In this document: one piece after another, positions 53,418 to 64,000 of the stretch
Position numbering within the stretch: position 1 is the stretch's first letter
Layout: the number at the start of each line of letters is the position of its first letter
From: Chromatiales bacterium
Lineage (GTDB): Bacteria; Pseudomonadota; Gammaproteobacteria; SZUA-140
Length of the DNA: 64,000 bases
Direction of reading: 5' to 3'
NCBI GenBank assembly: GCA_050486285.1
Contig: JBJHCZ010000010.1
Location: forward strand, 11,034 to 75,033
Translations under genes and position numbers: made by a program
Notes under the pieces: generated by a model
Database searches by the model: none
What the model was told of the DNA's origin: nothing
The model's input: the letters and a program-made list of their open reading frames with translations, nothing else

Positions 53418-53449
53418 CGGCGCCCGTTCGCGGCTCCGGGGGAGACGGT

Positions 53450-54655
53450 ATGGCGGATGACAGGCCCGATGACAACGGTTTCGCGACCCGCGGCGTCCAT
53501 GCCGGACGGGTGCGCACGCCGGAAGGCGAGCAATCGGAGCCGATTTTCACGACCTCGAGCTTCGTATTCGACAGCGCCGAACAGGCCGCCGCGCGTTTCT
53601 CCGGGGCGGAGCCCGGCAACATCTACTCCCGATTTACCAACCCCACCGTCAACGCCTTCGAGCGTCGCCTCGCCTCGCTCGAGGGCGGTGAGCGCTGCGT
53701 CGCGACCTCGTCCGGGATGTCGGCGATCCTCGCCGTCGGGCTCGGCCTGCTCAAGGCCGGCGATCACGTCGTCTGCGCCCATGGCGTGTTCGGCAGCACC
53801 GCCTTGCTGTTTACCCAGCATTTCGCGCGCTTCGGCGTCGAGACCAGCTTCGTTCCGCTGACCTATCTGCCGGCCTGGGAGGCCTCGCTGCGGCCGTCGA
53901 CGCGGCTGCTGTTCGTCGAGACGCCGGCCAATCCGCTGGCGGAGATCGCCGATATCGCTGCGCTGGCGCGCATCGCGCACGATCACGGCGCGTTGCTGGT
54001 CGTCGACAACACAGTCTGCACTGCAGCGCTGCAACGACCGCTCGAGCACGGCGCCGACCTCGTCGTGCTGTCGGCGACGAAATACCTGGATGGCCAGGGT
54101 CGTTGCGTCGGCGGCGCGGTCGTCGGCAGCGAGGCGCTGGTCGGCAAGGAGGTCTACGGCGTATTGCGCACTGCGGGACCGTGCCTCAGTCCGTTCAATG
54201 CCTGGGTGTTCCTGAAGGGGCTCGAGACGCTCAGGATCAGGATGCAGGCGCACAGCGCCTCCGCCGGCGCGCTGGCCGGCTGGATCGCGGAACAGCCGGC
54301 GGTGCGCAGCGTGTACTACGCCGGCCTGCCGGATCATCCGCAGCGCGCGCTGGTCGGTCGCCAGCAGTCGGACGGCGGCGGCCTGCTCGCCTTTGAACTG
54401 CGCGGCGGCCGTGATGATGCCTGGCGCTTCATCAACGCGATGCGACTGATCTCGATCACCGCGAATCTCGGCGGCACCCGTTCGACGATCACCCATCCGG
54501 CAACGACGACCCATGGTCGTCTGACCCCGGAGGCGCGCGCCGCGGCCGGTATTCGCGACGGACTCGTGCGCGTATCGGTCGGCCTCGAGGAGGTCGAGGA
54601 TCTCAGGGAAGATCTGCAGCGCGGGTTCGCGGCGCTCGGGAAGGCGCGGAGCTGA
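53450..54655 (+). CDS. metZ: O-succinylhomoserine sulfhydrylase (PLP-dependent, Cys/Met metabolism family)
   Basis: 401 aa: TRGVHAG...PIFTTSSFVF...YSRFTNPTV...VLSATKYLDGQGR. purF-metZ adjacency as in pseudomonads. Confidence 0.88.
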   Translation: MADDRPDDNGFATRGVHAGRVRTPEGEQSEPIFTTSSFVFDSAEQAAARFSGAEPGNIYSRFTNPTVNAFERRLASLEGGERCVATSSGMSAILAVGLGLLKAGDHVVCAHGVFGSTALLFTQHFARFGVETSFVPLTYLPAWEASLRPSTRLLFVETPANPLAEIADIAALARIAHDHGALLVVDNTVCTAALQRPLEHGADLVVLSATKYLDGQGRCVGGAVVGSEALVGKEVYGVLRTAGPCLSPFNAWVFLKGLETLRIRMQAHSASAGALAGWIAEQPAVRSVYYAGLPDHPQRALVGRQQSDGGGLLAFELRGGRDDAWRFINAMRLISITANLGGTRSTITHPATTTHGRLTPEARAAAGIRDGLVRVSVGLEEVEDLREDLQRGFAALGKARS

Positions 54656-54658
54656 GCA

Positions 54659-55957
54659 ATGCCGGTCGGCCCCCCGTCAGCGGTGCGGCGGCCGACCCCT
54701 GAACCGACCCGCGACGCCCGCCGTCGCGATCTCCTCGACATCTATCGCCATGCCCTCGCCGCGGTATCCGGCCGTTCCCGCGTCCGACTCGCGCTCGCCG
54801 GCGAGGCCTTCGAGTGTCCGGTGCGACTGGTCGCGATCGGCAAGGCCGCGGGCGCGATGGCGCAGGGCGCCTTCGATGCGCTCGGTGACCGCATCGCGGC
54901 GGCGCTGATCGTCACCCGCCAGGGCCACGACACCGGTCCGGCCGACCTGCCCGCGCTGCGTATCGAGGCCGCGCATCCGGTTCCCGACACAAGCAGCCTC
55001 GCGGCCGGCGAGGCGCTGATCGATTTCGTCGATGCGACCCCGCCCGCAACTCCGTTGCTGTTTCTGATATCCGGCGGGACCTCGGCGCTGGTCGAGGTCC
55101 CGCGCGCCGGTATCCAACTCGAGACCCTGCAGGGGGCTTACCGCTGGCTGCTCGGTTCCGGACTGCCGATCGGCGCCGTCAATCGGGTCCGCGCGCGCCT
55201 GTCGCGGATCAAGGGCGGGCGACTCGCCGGCCGCCTGCGCGGGCAACGCGTTCTCCAGTTACTGATCTCCGATGTCCCGGGCGACGATCCGGCGACGATC
55301 GGCTCCGGGCTGCTGGTGCCGGCGCGCGACGAGGCGCTGTCGCCGGATATCGAGCGCTATCTGCCAGGCTGGTTGCGTGAACTCATCGCGAATGTCGATG
55401 CGCCGGTCACGACCGGCGCGGCGGTCGAGACGCGAATCGTCGCAACCGTGCGCGACGCCTGCGCGGCCGCGGCTGCCCGCGGACTCGCGCTCGGCTACCG
55501 GACCGTGATCGCGCGGACCCTCCTCGAAGGCGATGCAGCGGAAACCGGGCATGCGATCGCCGCGGCAGTGGCCGCCGCCGCTCCCGGCCTGCAGGTCCAC
55601 GGCGGCGAGACGGTCGTGAGTCTGCCGGAGGTGCCGGGCCGCGGCGGTCGCTGCCAGAGCCTTGCGCTGGCGGCGGCGATCGATATCGCCGGTCGCGACG
55701 ATCTTTACCTCCTGGCCGCCGGCACCGACGGCAGCGACGGGGCGGGCGGCGCCGCCGGCGCGCTGGTCGATGGTGGCACCGTCGCTCGCGGAATTGGCGC
55801 CCGGCTCGATCCCGGGGACTGCCTGCGAAGGGCCGATGCCGGCGCTTTTCTTGATCTTGCCGGCGACCTGATATATACCGGGCCGGGTAACACCAATGTC
55901 ATGGATCTCGTCCTCGGGCTCCGGGTCGCGACAACGCCGGAGACGGCGGATGTTTGA
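54659..55957 (+). CDS. glycerate 2-kinase / hydroxypyruvate reductase-like protein (DUF4147 plus MOFRL domains)
   Basis: 432 aa: VRLVAIGKAAGAMAQGA...LFLISGGTSALVE...RLSRIKGG...GGETVVSLP...GRGGRCQSLALAAAI...AAGTDGSDG...GPGNTNVMDL. Confidence 0.85.
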   Translation: MPVGPPSAVRRPTPEPTRDARRRDLLDIYRHALAAVSGRSRVRLALAGEAFECPVRLVAIGKAAGAMAQGAFDALGDRIAAALIVTRQGHDTGPADLPALRIEAAHPVPDTSSLAAGEALIDFVDATPPATPLLFLISGGTSALVEVPRAGIQLETLQGAYRWLLGSGLPIGAVNRVRARLSRIKGGRLAGRLRGQRVLQLLISDVPGDDPATIGSGLLVPARDEALSPDIERYLPGWLRELIANVDAPVTTGAAVETRIVATVRDACAAAAARGLALGYRTVIARTLLEGDAAETGHAIAAAVAAAAPGLQVHGGETVVSLPEVPGRGGRCQSLALAAAIDIAGRDDLYLLAAGTDGSDGAGGAAGALVDGGTVARGIGARLDPGDCLRRADAGAFLDLAGDLIYTGPGNTNVMDLVLGLRVATTPETADV

Positions 55958-56037
55958 CGGCATCGAAGCAGGGCTTCCGGGTCGGCGCCACGGAGAGGTC
56001 AAGCCGCCCGCAACAGGAACCGATAACCCTGAATGCC

Positions 56038-56559
56038 ATGCATCATTCAGCAGGCCTGTCGAAAACGAGGAGAGACGTGAAGCCCGGCGCGCGGAAGCCT
56101 TGGCCGTGCCTTGCCTCGGCATCGGCAACGATTGCGCTGGCGGTGCTGCTGTTGTCGTCGACCGCCGCCCTCGCCGACGGCGAGGTCGTCGTCATCGGCC
56201 ATCCCGGAATCGGCTTCTCCTCGCTCAGCGAACAGACGATCAGGGATCTCTATCTTGGCAAGACCGTGCAACTCGGCAACGGCACCCGCGTCGAGATCAT
56301 CGACCTGCCGGTCGGCCATCCGGTCCGGAACCGTTTCTATATCGACATCATCGGCAGGGACCCCGGACAGATGCGGGCCTACTGGGCCAAGCGCATCTTC
56401 ACCGGCAAGGGCACGCCGCCGGACACCCGTCCCGACGAGCGCTCGGTCGTGCGCTGGGTCGCGGCGGGTCAGGGGCGCATCGCCTATGTCAGCGCCGACA
56501 TGGTCGACGATTCAGTGAAGGTTCTGCTGCGGCAGCAGATGGACGGCGGTCGCCGCTAA
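56038..56559 (+). CDS. small periplasmic protein with a PstS-like (type-2 PBP) half-domain
   Basis: Signal peptide (...ATIALAVLLLSSTAALADG), then VVVIGHPGIGFSSLSEQTIRDLYLGKTVQLGNGTRVEIIDLPVGHPVRNRFY...YWAKRIFTGKGTPP...GRIAYVSADMVDDSVKVL. Start uncertain: ATG 56038 or the downstream GTG. Confidence 0.7.
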   Translation: MHHSAGLSKTRRDVKPGARKPWPCLASASATIALAVLLLSSTAALADGEVVVIGHPGIGFSSLSEQTIRDLYLGKTVQLGNGTRVEIIDLPVGHPVRNRFYIDIIGRDPGQMRAYWAKRIFTGKGTPPDTRPDERSVVRWVAAGQGRIAYVSADMVDDSVKVLLRQQMDGGRR

Positions 56560-56587
56560 TGCTCGAAGAGAGGATTCGGGGGTCAAC

Positions 56588-57733
56588 ATGAAATCGCTAA
56601 GGTTCCAACCCGGCTGGATGATGGCGGCAGCGCTGGCGCTCGGGGGCGGCAATGCCGCAGCGCTCGATGTCGGGGTCTTCGGGGACATGAGTCTGTCCCA
56701 CAGCAGCGCACCGTCGAGCGAACCCAGCTTCCGCCTCGGCAGCCTCGATCTCTATGCGGCGCAATATATCGACGACCGCACGCGGGCGCTGTTCGAGGTG
56801 CAGTTCCAGACCTTCGCCGGAGACTCGATGGACATCGAGATCCAGCGCTTCTGGATCATGCGCGAAGTCCACGATGCCTTTCATATCGGTCTCGGTCGTT
56901 TCCATACCCCGATCGGTTACTGGAACCGGCATTTCCACCACGGCATCCTGCTGCAGGACACGGTCAGCCGGCCGTTCATTCTCAGCTTCGAGGGCGGCGT
57001 CAACTCGATCATCCCGACGCACCTCATCGGCGCGCTCGCCGAGGGCGACCTGCCCTGGGGGTTGCGCTATGAAGCGGCCGTCGCCAACAGCAATACGATC
57101 AACTCGTCGCAAACGGCCAACCGCATCACGGTGCAGAACCGTGCCGACTTCAATTCGAACAAGACGCTGTTCGGGCGCGTGCATTACGGCCGCTTCGGCG
57201 CCCCGTTCAAGCCCGGCATCTTCTTCATGAAGAACGATGTGCTGGAGTCGGCATCGGCAACCACGCCTTTGTGTACGGATCCCTCGGAGAATTCCCCTCC
57301 ATGCAGCCTGGTGCCGCGCGGCAGCCCGCTGGTCAGGCAGATGCTGTACGGCATCGATTTCCGCTACGAGCGCGGGCGCTTCGATATCATGGCGGAATAT
57401 TACCGGATCGGGAACGAGGCTCAGCCCGGCGTCGGCGACGGGCGCAAGCACGATACCGATGCCTGGTTCGCGCAGTTCGGCTATCGCATCCTGGATCAGC
57501 TGAAGGCGACCTATCGCTATGAAGGACTCGAATTCGACGATCAGGACCCCTATTACCGCGACGCTCGACTGGTCGGCCGCGGCGGCATCGGAACGGAACG
57601 GCGCAACGTCTATGCCCTGCGCTATGATTTCAGCGAGTCGAATGCCCTCTTGCTGGAAGTCAGCCTCCGCAACCCGCAGATCGGCGAGCGTACGACGACC
57701 ACCCTGCTGAGCTGGGCCTTCGTGATGTATTGA
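56588..57733 (+). CDS. putative outer-membrane porin (beta-barrel)
   Basis: 381 aa with signal peptide MKSLRFQPGWMMAAALALGGGNAAA, alternating-strand pattern, and a C-terminal ...LLSWAFVMY aromatic end. It is possibly porin O/P-like, but the family is not established from sequence alone. Confidence 0.65.
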   Translation: MKSLRFQPGWMMAAALALGGGNAAALDVGVFGDMSLSHSSAPSSEPSFRLGSLDLYAAQYIDDRTRALFEVQFQTFAGDSMDIEIQRFWIMREVHDAFHIGLGRFHTPIGYWNRHFHHGILLQDTVSRPFILSFEGGVNSIIPTHLIGALAEGDLPWGLRYEAAVANSNTINSSQTANRITVQNRADFNSNKTLFGRVHYGRFGAPFKPGIFFMKNDVLESASATTPLCTDPSENSPPCSLVPRGSPLVRQMLYGIDFRYERGRFDIMAEYYRIGNEAQPGVGDGRKHDTDAWFAQFGYRILDQLKATYRYEGLEFDDQDPYYRDARLVGRGGIGTERRNVYALRYDFSESNALLLEVSLRNPQIGERTTTTLLSWAFVMY

Positions 57734-57736
57734 GGG

Positions 57737-60139
57737 TCAGGCGGCGGGCGTCTGCCCGCCTTCGAGATCGAGCACAACCTGGGTCATCGGAATCACGCTG
57801 TCCGCATTCAGGGAAATCGAATCGATGCCGTGTCCGACCAGCCAGCGCGTCAGGTCGGGATAGTCCGACGGCGCCTGTCCGCAGATCCCGATGTACTTGC
57901 CGCGCGCGCGGCAGGCCGTGATCGCCATCTCCATCAGCTTCAGCACCGCCTCGTCGCGCTCGTCGAAACCGGTGACGATGCCGGAATCGCGGTCGACGCC
58001 GAGCGTCAGCTGGGTCAGGTCGTTCGAGCCGATCGAGAAGCCGTCGAAATGGTCGAGGAAACGGTCGGCGAGCAGCGGGTTCGACGGGATCTCGCACATC
58101 ATGTAGACCTTGAGGCCGTTGTCGCCGCGCCTGAGGCCGTACTTCTCAAGCAGCGCGAGCACGTCCGTCCCTTCCTGCACGGTGCGCACGAACGGCACCA
58201 TCAGCGCGACGTTGTCGAGGCCGATGACCTCGCGGACGGTCTTCATCGCCGCGCATTCGAGTTCGAAACAGGCCGCGAACGATGCCGAGGAATAGCGGCC
58301 TGCGCCGCGCCAGCCGATCATCGGATTCTCCTCGTGCGGCTCGAAGCCGGCGCCGCCGATCAGCGAGGCGTATTCGTTCGACTTGAAATCGCTCAGGCGA
58401 ACGATGACCGGCTTCGGCCAGTAGGCCGCCGCGATCATGCCGACGCCCTCGGCGAGGCGCTGGATATAGTAGGCGCGGCGATCGGGATAGCCGGCAACGA
58501 TGCGGTCGATTTCGCCACGGGTCTTGTCGTCGAGACTGTCGTACTCGAGCAGCGCGCGCGGGTGTATGCGGATGCTGTTATTGATGATGAACTCGAGGCG
58601 GGCGAGCCCGACGCCGTCGTTCGGCAGCCTCGAACTCGCGAAGGCCTGCTCCGGATTGCCGACGTTCATCATGATCTTTGTGCGCGGCCGGCGGTCGCTG
58701 GACAGGTCGATGCGTTCTCTCTCGTACGCCTGCGCGCCTTCGTAGATATGGCCGGTGTCGCCCTCGGCGCAGGAGACGGTGATCTCGGCGCCGTTGGCGA
58801 TCAGTTGCGTCGCCTCGCCGCAGCCGACCACCGCCGGGATGCCGAGTTCGCGGGCGACGATCGCCGCGTGACAGGTGCGGCCGCCGCGATTGGTGACGAT
58901 CGCGGCGGCGATCTTCATGACCGGCTCCCAGTCGGGGTCGGTGATGTCGGTGACCAGGATCTCGCCGGGCTTCAGTTCACTCATCTGGGCGGCCTCGAAG
59001 ATCACCCGCGCGCGTCCGGTCGCGATGCGTCCGCCGACGCTCTTGCCCGAGACGATCACCTTACCGCGGGACTTCAGCCGGTAGGCCTCGTGGAAGCCGG
59101 CATCGGCGCGCGACTGCACGGTCTCCGGCCGCGCCTGCACGATGAAGAGTTCGCCGCTGCGGCCGTCCTTCGCCCACTCGATGTCCATCGGCATCGGACG
59201 GCCGGACTTCTCCGAATAATGCTTTTCGATGGCCACCGCCCAGCGGGCGAGGTCGAGGATCTCGTCATCATTCAGCGAGAAGCGCTCGCGTTCCTCGCGG
59301 CGCACGCGGACGTTGCGCGTGGAGATACCGGCGGCGGTATCGCCGGTGTAAATCATCTTGATCGCCTTTTCCCCGAGCTGGCGCTTGATGATCGGGCGGA
59401 ATCCACGCTCCAGCATCGGCTTGAAGACATAGAATTCGTCCGGATTGACCTTGCCCTGAACGATGTTCTCGCCGAGTCCGTAGGCCGAGGTGATGAAGAC
59501 GACGTCGCGGAATCCGGTTTCGGTATCGATCGTGAAGATCACCCCGGAGGCGCCGAGGTCGGCGCGCACCATCTTCTGGATGCCGATCGACAGCGCGACG
59601 TCCATATGCGCGAAACCATGATGCGCGCGATAGGAGATCGCGCGATCGGTGAACAGCGAGCCGAATACCTGGCGACAGGTCGTCAGCAGGTGGGGCACGC
59701 CGCGAATATTCAGATAGGTATCCTGCTGGCCGGCGAACGAGGCCGCCGGCAGGTCTTCGGCGGTCGCCGAACTGCGCACCGCGACGTCGGGGTTCGGCCC
59801 GTATTGCTCGCCGAGGGCGCGATAGGCCGTGACGATCTCCTCGGCGAGGTCCTCGGGCAGATCACTGTACATGATCCACTCGCGAATCAGCGCGCCGGTA
59901 TAGGCCAGCGCCTTGACGTCGGCGACATCGAGTCGCTTGAGCGCTGCGGTGATGCGCGCGGTCAGGTCGTTGTGCTCGAGGAAATGACGGTAGCCGTCGG
60001 CGGTGATTGCGAAGCCGTCGGGTATCCTGACGCCGTGCGCGGACAGCGCGTTGATCATCTCGCCGAGCGAGGCGTTCTTGCCGCCGACCAGCGCGATGTC
60101 GCCGATACCGATCGAGGAGAATGGACGAATGTATTGCAT
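57737..60139 (-). CDS. ppsA: phosphoenolpyruvate synthase
   Basis: 800 aa: MQYIRPFSSIGIGDIALVGGKNASLGEM...TNRGGRTCHAAIVARELGIPAVVG (phospho-His domain)...GSNDLTQL. Confidence 0.97.
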   Translation of the reverse strand: MQYIRPFSSIGIGDIALVGGKNASLGEMINALSAHGVRIPDGFAITADGYRHFLEHNDLTARITAALKRLDVADVKALAYTGALIREWIMYSDLPEDLAEEIVTAYRALGEQYGPNPDVAVRSSATAEDLPAASFAGQQDTYLNIRGVPHLLTTCRQVFGSLFTDRAISYRAHHGFAHMDVALSIGIQKMVRADLGASGVIFTIDTETGFRDVVFITSAYGLGENIVQGKVNPDEFYVFKPMLERGFRPIIKRQLGEKAIKMIYTGDTAAGISTRNVRVRREERERFSLNDDEILDLARWAVAIEKHYSEKSGRPMPMDIEWAKDGRSGELFIVQARPETVQSRADAGFHEAYRLKSRGKVIVSGKSVGGRIATGRARVIFEAAQMSELKPGEILVTDITDPDWEPVMKIAAAIVTNRGGRTCHAAIVARELGIPAVVGCGEATQLIANGAEITVSCAEGDTGHIYEGAQAYERERIDLSSDRRPRTKIMMNVGNPEQAFASSRLPNDGVGLARLEFIINNSIRIHPRALLEYDSLDDKTRGEIDRIVAGYPDRRAYYIQRLAEGVGMIAAAYWPKPVIVRLSDFKSNEYASLIGGAGFEPHEENPMIGWRGAGRYSSASFAACFELECAAMKTVREVIGLDNVALMVPFVRTVQEGTDVLALLEKYGLRRGDNGLKVYMMCEIPSNPLLADRFLDHFDGFSIGSNDLTQLTLGVDRDSGIVTGFDERDEAVLKLMEMAITACRARGKYIGICGQAPSDYPDLTRWLVGHGIDSISLNADSVIPMTQVVLDLEGGQTPAA

Positions 60140-60158
60140 GGCCGCGCAGCTGCCTTGC

Positions 60159-61796
<1,638 letters not shown>

Positions 61797-61893
61797 TCAG
61801 CGTTCATTCAAGCACAGATGGTCGATGAATGCGAGTATTCTATAATAAGCCGGCGCGCGTAGCGCATCACCCTATCCGACCGGGAGGAAGAGC

Positions 61894-63777
61894 TTGACGA
61901 TGTCCGTGGAAACGCACAGGGAAACGCTGCCGTTCCAGACCGAGGCCAGGCAGCTGCTGAGGCTGATGATCCACTCGCTGTATTCGAACAGCGAGATCTT
62001 TCTGCGCGAGCTGATCTCCAACGCCTCCGATGCCTGCGACAAGTTGCGCTTCGAGGCCCTGACCGACGACGCCCTGTTTGAAGGCGACAGCGCGCTCCGG
62101 GTCCGGGTCAGCTGCGACCCTGGGGCGCGCACGATCACGATCAGCGACAACGGCATCGGCATGAGCCGTCGCGAGGTCGCCGACAACATCGGCACGATCG
62201 CGGGGTCGGGTACCCGGCGCTTTCTCGAATCCCTGAGCGGCGACGAGGCCAGCGACGCGAAACTGATCGGACAGTTCGGCGTCGGTTTCTATTCCGCATT
62301 CATCGTCGCCGACCGCGTCGTGCTGACGACACGACGCGCCGGTCTCGGCGCCGAACACGGCGTGCGCTGGGAATCGGACGGCGCCGGCGAGTACACGCTG
62401 GAGACCGTCGAACGGGCCGCGCGTGGCACCGAAATCGTGCTGCACCTGCGCGAGGGCGATGACGAGTTTCTGGACAACCATCGCCTGCGGGCGGTCATTA
62501 CCCGTTACTCGGACAGCCTGTCGCTACCCGTCGAGATGCCGGTGGATGGTGAGACGGGGCCGGACTGGGAGCAGGTCAATCGTGCGTCGGCCTTGTGGGC
62601 GCGCGCGCGTACCGGCATCAGCGACCAGGAGTACAACGATTTCTTCCGCCATGTCGCCCATGACTTCGAGGACCCGCTGGCGCGCCTGCATGTCCAGGTC
62701 GAGGGCCGGCAGAGCTTTACGGCCCTGCTGTATATACCGAAGCGTGCGCCCTTCGACCTCTGGGACCGCGAACGCGGTCATGGCGCAAAGCTCTATGTCC
62801 GCCGGGTGTTCATCATGGACCATGCCGACGGACTGTTGCCGGGCTGGTTGCGGTTCGTGCGCGGCATCGTCGACTCCGACGACCTGCCGCTGAACGTGTC
62901 ACGCGAGATGCTGCAACAGAACCGCCAGATCGATGTGATGCGCGCGTCACTGGTCAAGAAGCTGCTCGGACTCCTGCAGGACATCGCCGACAATGAGCCT
63001 GACAAATATCTCGAATTCTGGCGCGAATTCGGCCGCGTCCTCAAGGAGGCGCCGGTCGAGGACCCGGCCGGCGCCGAACAGGTTGCGAAACTGCTGCGCT
63101 TCCCATCGACCTGCGATGACGGCTCTTCGCTCGCCTCCCTCGATGACTACATTGCCCGCATGAAGGAAGGGCAGGACCGGATCTGGTATATCACCGCTGA
63201 GTCGATGACCGCCGCGCTGCACAGTCCGCATCTTGAGATCTTCCGCAAGAAGGGTATTGAGGTGCTGCTGATGTGCGATCGCATCGACGAGTGGCTGCTT
63301 TCCGCGCTGACCAATTACGCCGGCAAGGTGCTGCAATCGGTTGCGCGCGGCGACCTCTCGCTGGATGCCGTCAAGGACGGCGAGGAAGAGACTGCCAGCC
63401 GTGAGGCCGCAGCGGCGCTCGGCGACATTGCCGCCCGGATCAAGAGAGTTCTCGAGGCGCGGGTCGTGGATGTGCGCCTCTCGCAACGGTTGACCGATTC
63501 TCCGTCCTGCCTCGTCGTCGACCAGGCCGACATGACGCTGAACCTGCGTCGCATGCTCGAGGCCGCCGGCCAGAAACTGCCGGCGGGGAAGCCCGTCCTC
63601 GAGATCAATCCGGGCCATCCACTGGTCGCGCGCCTCGCCGGCGAGAGTGACGAAGCCCGTTTCGCTGACTGGTCGCATGTCCTCTTTGATCAGGCGCTGC
63701 TCAGCGAGGGTGGCCAGCTTGACGATCCTGCAGCGTTCGTCAGGCGACTGAACGGGTTGCTGCTGGCGCAGTCCTGA
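61894..63777 (+). CDS. htpG: molecular chaperone HtpG (Hsp90)
   Basis: [40 protein letters not shown]...[11 protein letters not shown]. Start is TTG 61894 (6 nt after GGAGG) or ATG 61900. Confidence 0.96.
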   Translation: MTMSVETHRETLPFQTEARQLLRLMIHSLYSNSEIFLRELISNASDACDKLRFEALTDDALFEGDSALRVRVSCDPGARTITISDNGIGMSRREVADNIGTIAGSGTRRFLESLSGDEASDAKLIGQFGVGFYSAFIVADRVVLTTRRAGLGAEHGVRWESDGAGEYTLETVERAARGTEIVLHLREGDDEFLDNHRLRAVITRYSDSLSLPVEMPVDGETGPDWEQVNRASALWARARTGISDQEYNDFFRHVAHDFEDPLARLHVQVEGRQSFTALLYIPKRAPFDLWDRERGHGAKLYVRRVFIMDHADGLLPGWLRFVRGIVDSDDLPLNVSREMLQQNRQIDVMRASLVKKLLGLLQDIADNEPDKYLEFWREFGRVLKEAPVEDPAGAEQVAKLLRFPSTCDDGSSLASLDDYIARMKEGQDRIWYITAESMTAALHSPHLEIFRKKGIEVLLMCDRIDEWLLSALTNYAGKVLQSVARGDLSLDAVKDGEEETASREAAAALGDIAARIKRVLEARVVDVRLSQRLTDSPSCLVVDQADMTLNLRRMLEAAGQKLPAGKPVLEINPGHPLVARLAGESDEARFADWSHVLFDQALLSEGGQLDDPAAFVRRLNGLLLAQS

Positions 63778-63823
63778 GGACCCGGGTGGTCCGACCACAC
63801 GCACAATCACAGGAGAGCGATTC

Positions 63824-64000
63824 ATGAACGATGCCCCGGGCGGCAAGACCGGCATCCTGATCAGTAACCTCGGCACGCCGGACGCGCCTACGGCCACCGC
63901 GGTCAGGCGCTATCTTCGTGAATTCCTCTCCGACCGGCGCGTCGTTAACCTGCCGCCACTGCTATGGTGGCCGATCCTCAACGGCATTATCCTGACGGTG
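63824..64000 (+). CDS. hemH: ferrochelatase, N-terminal part (continues beyond the window)
   Basis: [59 protein letters not shown], a typical HemH N-terminus. Confidence 0.88.
   Translation, partial: MNDAPGGKTGILISNLGTPDAPTATAVRRYLREFLSDRRVVNLPPLLWWPILNGIILTV

Noticed and set aside
61860-61893. Sigma32 heat-shock promoter upstream of htpG (CACCCTAT resembling the CCCCATnT -10)
   Set aside because: There is no CTTGAA-like -35 at the required 13-15 nt spacing, so the match is a single degenerate hexamer.

Overview
High-G+C proteobacterial chromosome segment with gammaproteobacterial-type synteny, almost entirely housekeeping genes. In order: end of the alpha ribosomal operon (rpsM'-rpsK-rpsD-rpoA-rplQ), AI-2E transporter, bcp, dapA plus a bamC-like mini-lipoprotein, purC, purL, a Bax-like glucosaminidase, a polysaccharide deacetylase, a Mip-like FKBP, a diguanylate cyclase with a DUF5658 partner, and prfC. 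After a short island come valS-holC-pepA, lptFG with an outer-membrane gene cluster, tRNA-Glu(CUC), pcnB-folK-dNK-panBCD, ppc-glgA, gnd-zwf-pgi, can and truA. The rest is trpF-trpBA-accD-folC-dedD-cvpA-purF-metZ, a glycerate kinase, a PBP-like/porin pair, ppsA, pgm, htpG and hemH'. The one clearly accessory stretch is a visibly AT-richer island of about 2.1 kb (about 17.75-19.9 kb) between prfC and a truncated, frameshifted SRPBCC gene. It carries a 345-aa ORFan and a higBA toxin-antitoxin pair. Each unit is followed by a 61-67 bp imperfect palindrome bounded by GCCCAAC...GTT(A)GGGC, matching the integron attC inverse-core/core consensus RYYYAAC/GTTRRRY. A further GTTGGGC core sits just upstream of the ORFan. 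I read this as an integrase-less integron-type cassette array. The ORFan is the best candidate for something undescribed, but its function cannot be inferred from sequence alone. Other items worth a second look are four unrelated intergenic palindromes with perfect 20-34 bp stems, a minimal BamC, an unassigned secreted protein translationally coupled to lptG, a possible AUU start for pcnB, and head-to-head overlapping can/truA start codons. No CRISPR array, rRNA gene, transposase or integrase was seen. The many long antisense ORFs in the track are G+C artefacts.
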